Assembly: GCA_051362555.1 (NCBI GenBank)
Contig: CM120647.1
Span: 5,828,001 to 5,892,000, forward strand
Reading direction: 5' to 3'
Origin: Lingula anatina
Taxonomy: Eukaryota; Animalia; Brachiopoda
DNA: 64,000 nt
Part shown: positions 63,141 to 64,000 of the stretch, in pieces
How positions within the stretch are numbered: the stretch's first letter is position 1
Layout of the letters: each line of letters opens with the position of its first letter
Notes under the pieces: generated by a model
The model's database searches: none
Seen by the model: the letters and a program-made list of their open reading frames with translations, nothing else
What the model was told of the DNA's origin: nothing
Translations under genes and position numbers: made by a program

Positions 63141-64000
63141 ATATATCACATGTTGGATCAGCCTATATGTGAAAAACAGTAGAAAGCAGTAGCGTTATCT
63201 TTGAGGTGTTATACCATCTCTAGCTCTCTCTCTCTCTCTCCTCTCTCTCCTCCCCCCCCCCCCAAATCCCCTCCTCAAACCTTCGTGCCACATTCAAATG
63301 TCACGCAGCTTGCGAGACTTCGCGTGACTTCAATCCATGATGGCGGAACAAGTCGTACGCAAAACTTGAATGAAGCAGAAAATTTATCATAACTGACCAG
63401 TGCAATATACTTTAGAGATCTGCATGGGCTTTATCCATCGCAGATGATGAATCATATGATAAGGAAGCTCAGGTATGTTGAGTGCCCTTTAATTTTAAGA
63501 AACAAAGTGGCTGAACTTTGAGCTGGACCATTTTTGTCGACTACCATACACCCTTCACTTCACAAGTTTAGTACTGCGATGCCAAAAATAACCTGTCTGA
63601 TTTTTCTTTTGAATGAAATAACTCTGTCTTCAAAGAATTATGTTTTATGAATAACTTATTATGTGTGGCAATGCCAGTTAATGTTTTCGGACACGATAAT
63701 GATAATGCAATTGGGGAGTATTTTATGACATAAATAACGTAAATGTTATCGACGTGTTGTGTTGACATTTGTTTATTGATGACGTTGTCTTGTTGTACTG
63801 TATGATATTGAAAGGTTAGCGCCCCTCCCCCCATCCCTTCATGTAAAAGCACGTATCTCTTCAGTAAGAAATAGCATTTAACAGAATAATATTAAAAAGT
63901 GCAGTGTATATATATATACATATTAGCACGAAAATTCATGCGTAAGCACTCCTATTGACAATTCTGATATATGTACTGGCTGTGCTAACACACAGTGTGC

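Overview
AT-rich, intron-containing animal genomic DNA, most likely an invertebrate such as a mollusc (judged from repeat content and gene types; species not determinable). The ORF track hides the main content because the genes are split into short exons. Splicing by hand gives: (1) a head-to-tail array of six intact, minus-strand, five-exon secreted lipocalin genes (1366-43881; exons 132/143/86/213/47 nt; intron phases 0,2,1,1; about 205-207 aa; GxW, TDY-like and SR/SQ motifs) plus three decayed relics; (2) a five-exon 309-aa type-I membrane protein with a peritrophin-A/CBM14-like Cys domain, a Ser/Thr stalk, a TM helix and a tyrosine-motif-rich tail (46805-48719), plus a deleted duplicate; (3) a Toll-like LRR receptor gene (51521-54646) interrupted by a 907-bp near-palindromic element with TAT...ATA termini and an exact 6-bp target duplication (IS3EU-like), whose removal restores the reading frame; (4) a ~250-300 bp segment carrying an NF-kB-type site and a CCAAT box, duplicated upstream of both receptor genes; (5) many Tc1 remnants, Harbinger- and Kolobok-like MITEs, SINEs, an L1/Tx1 fragment, and mini- and microsatellites.
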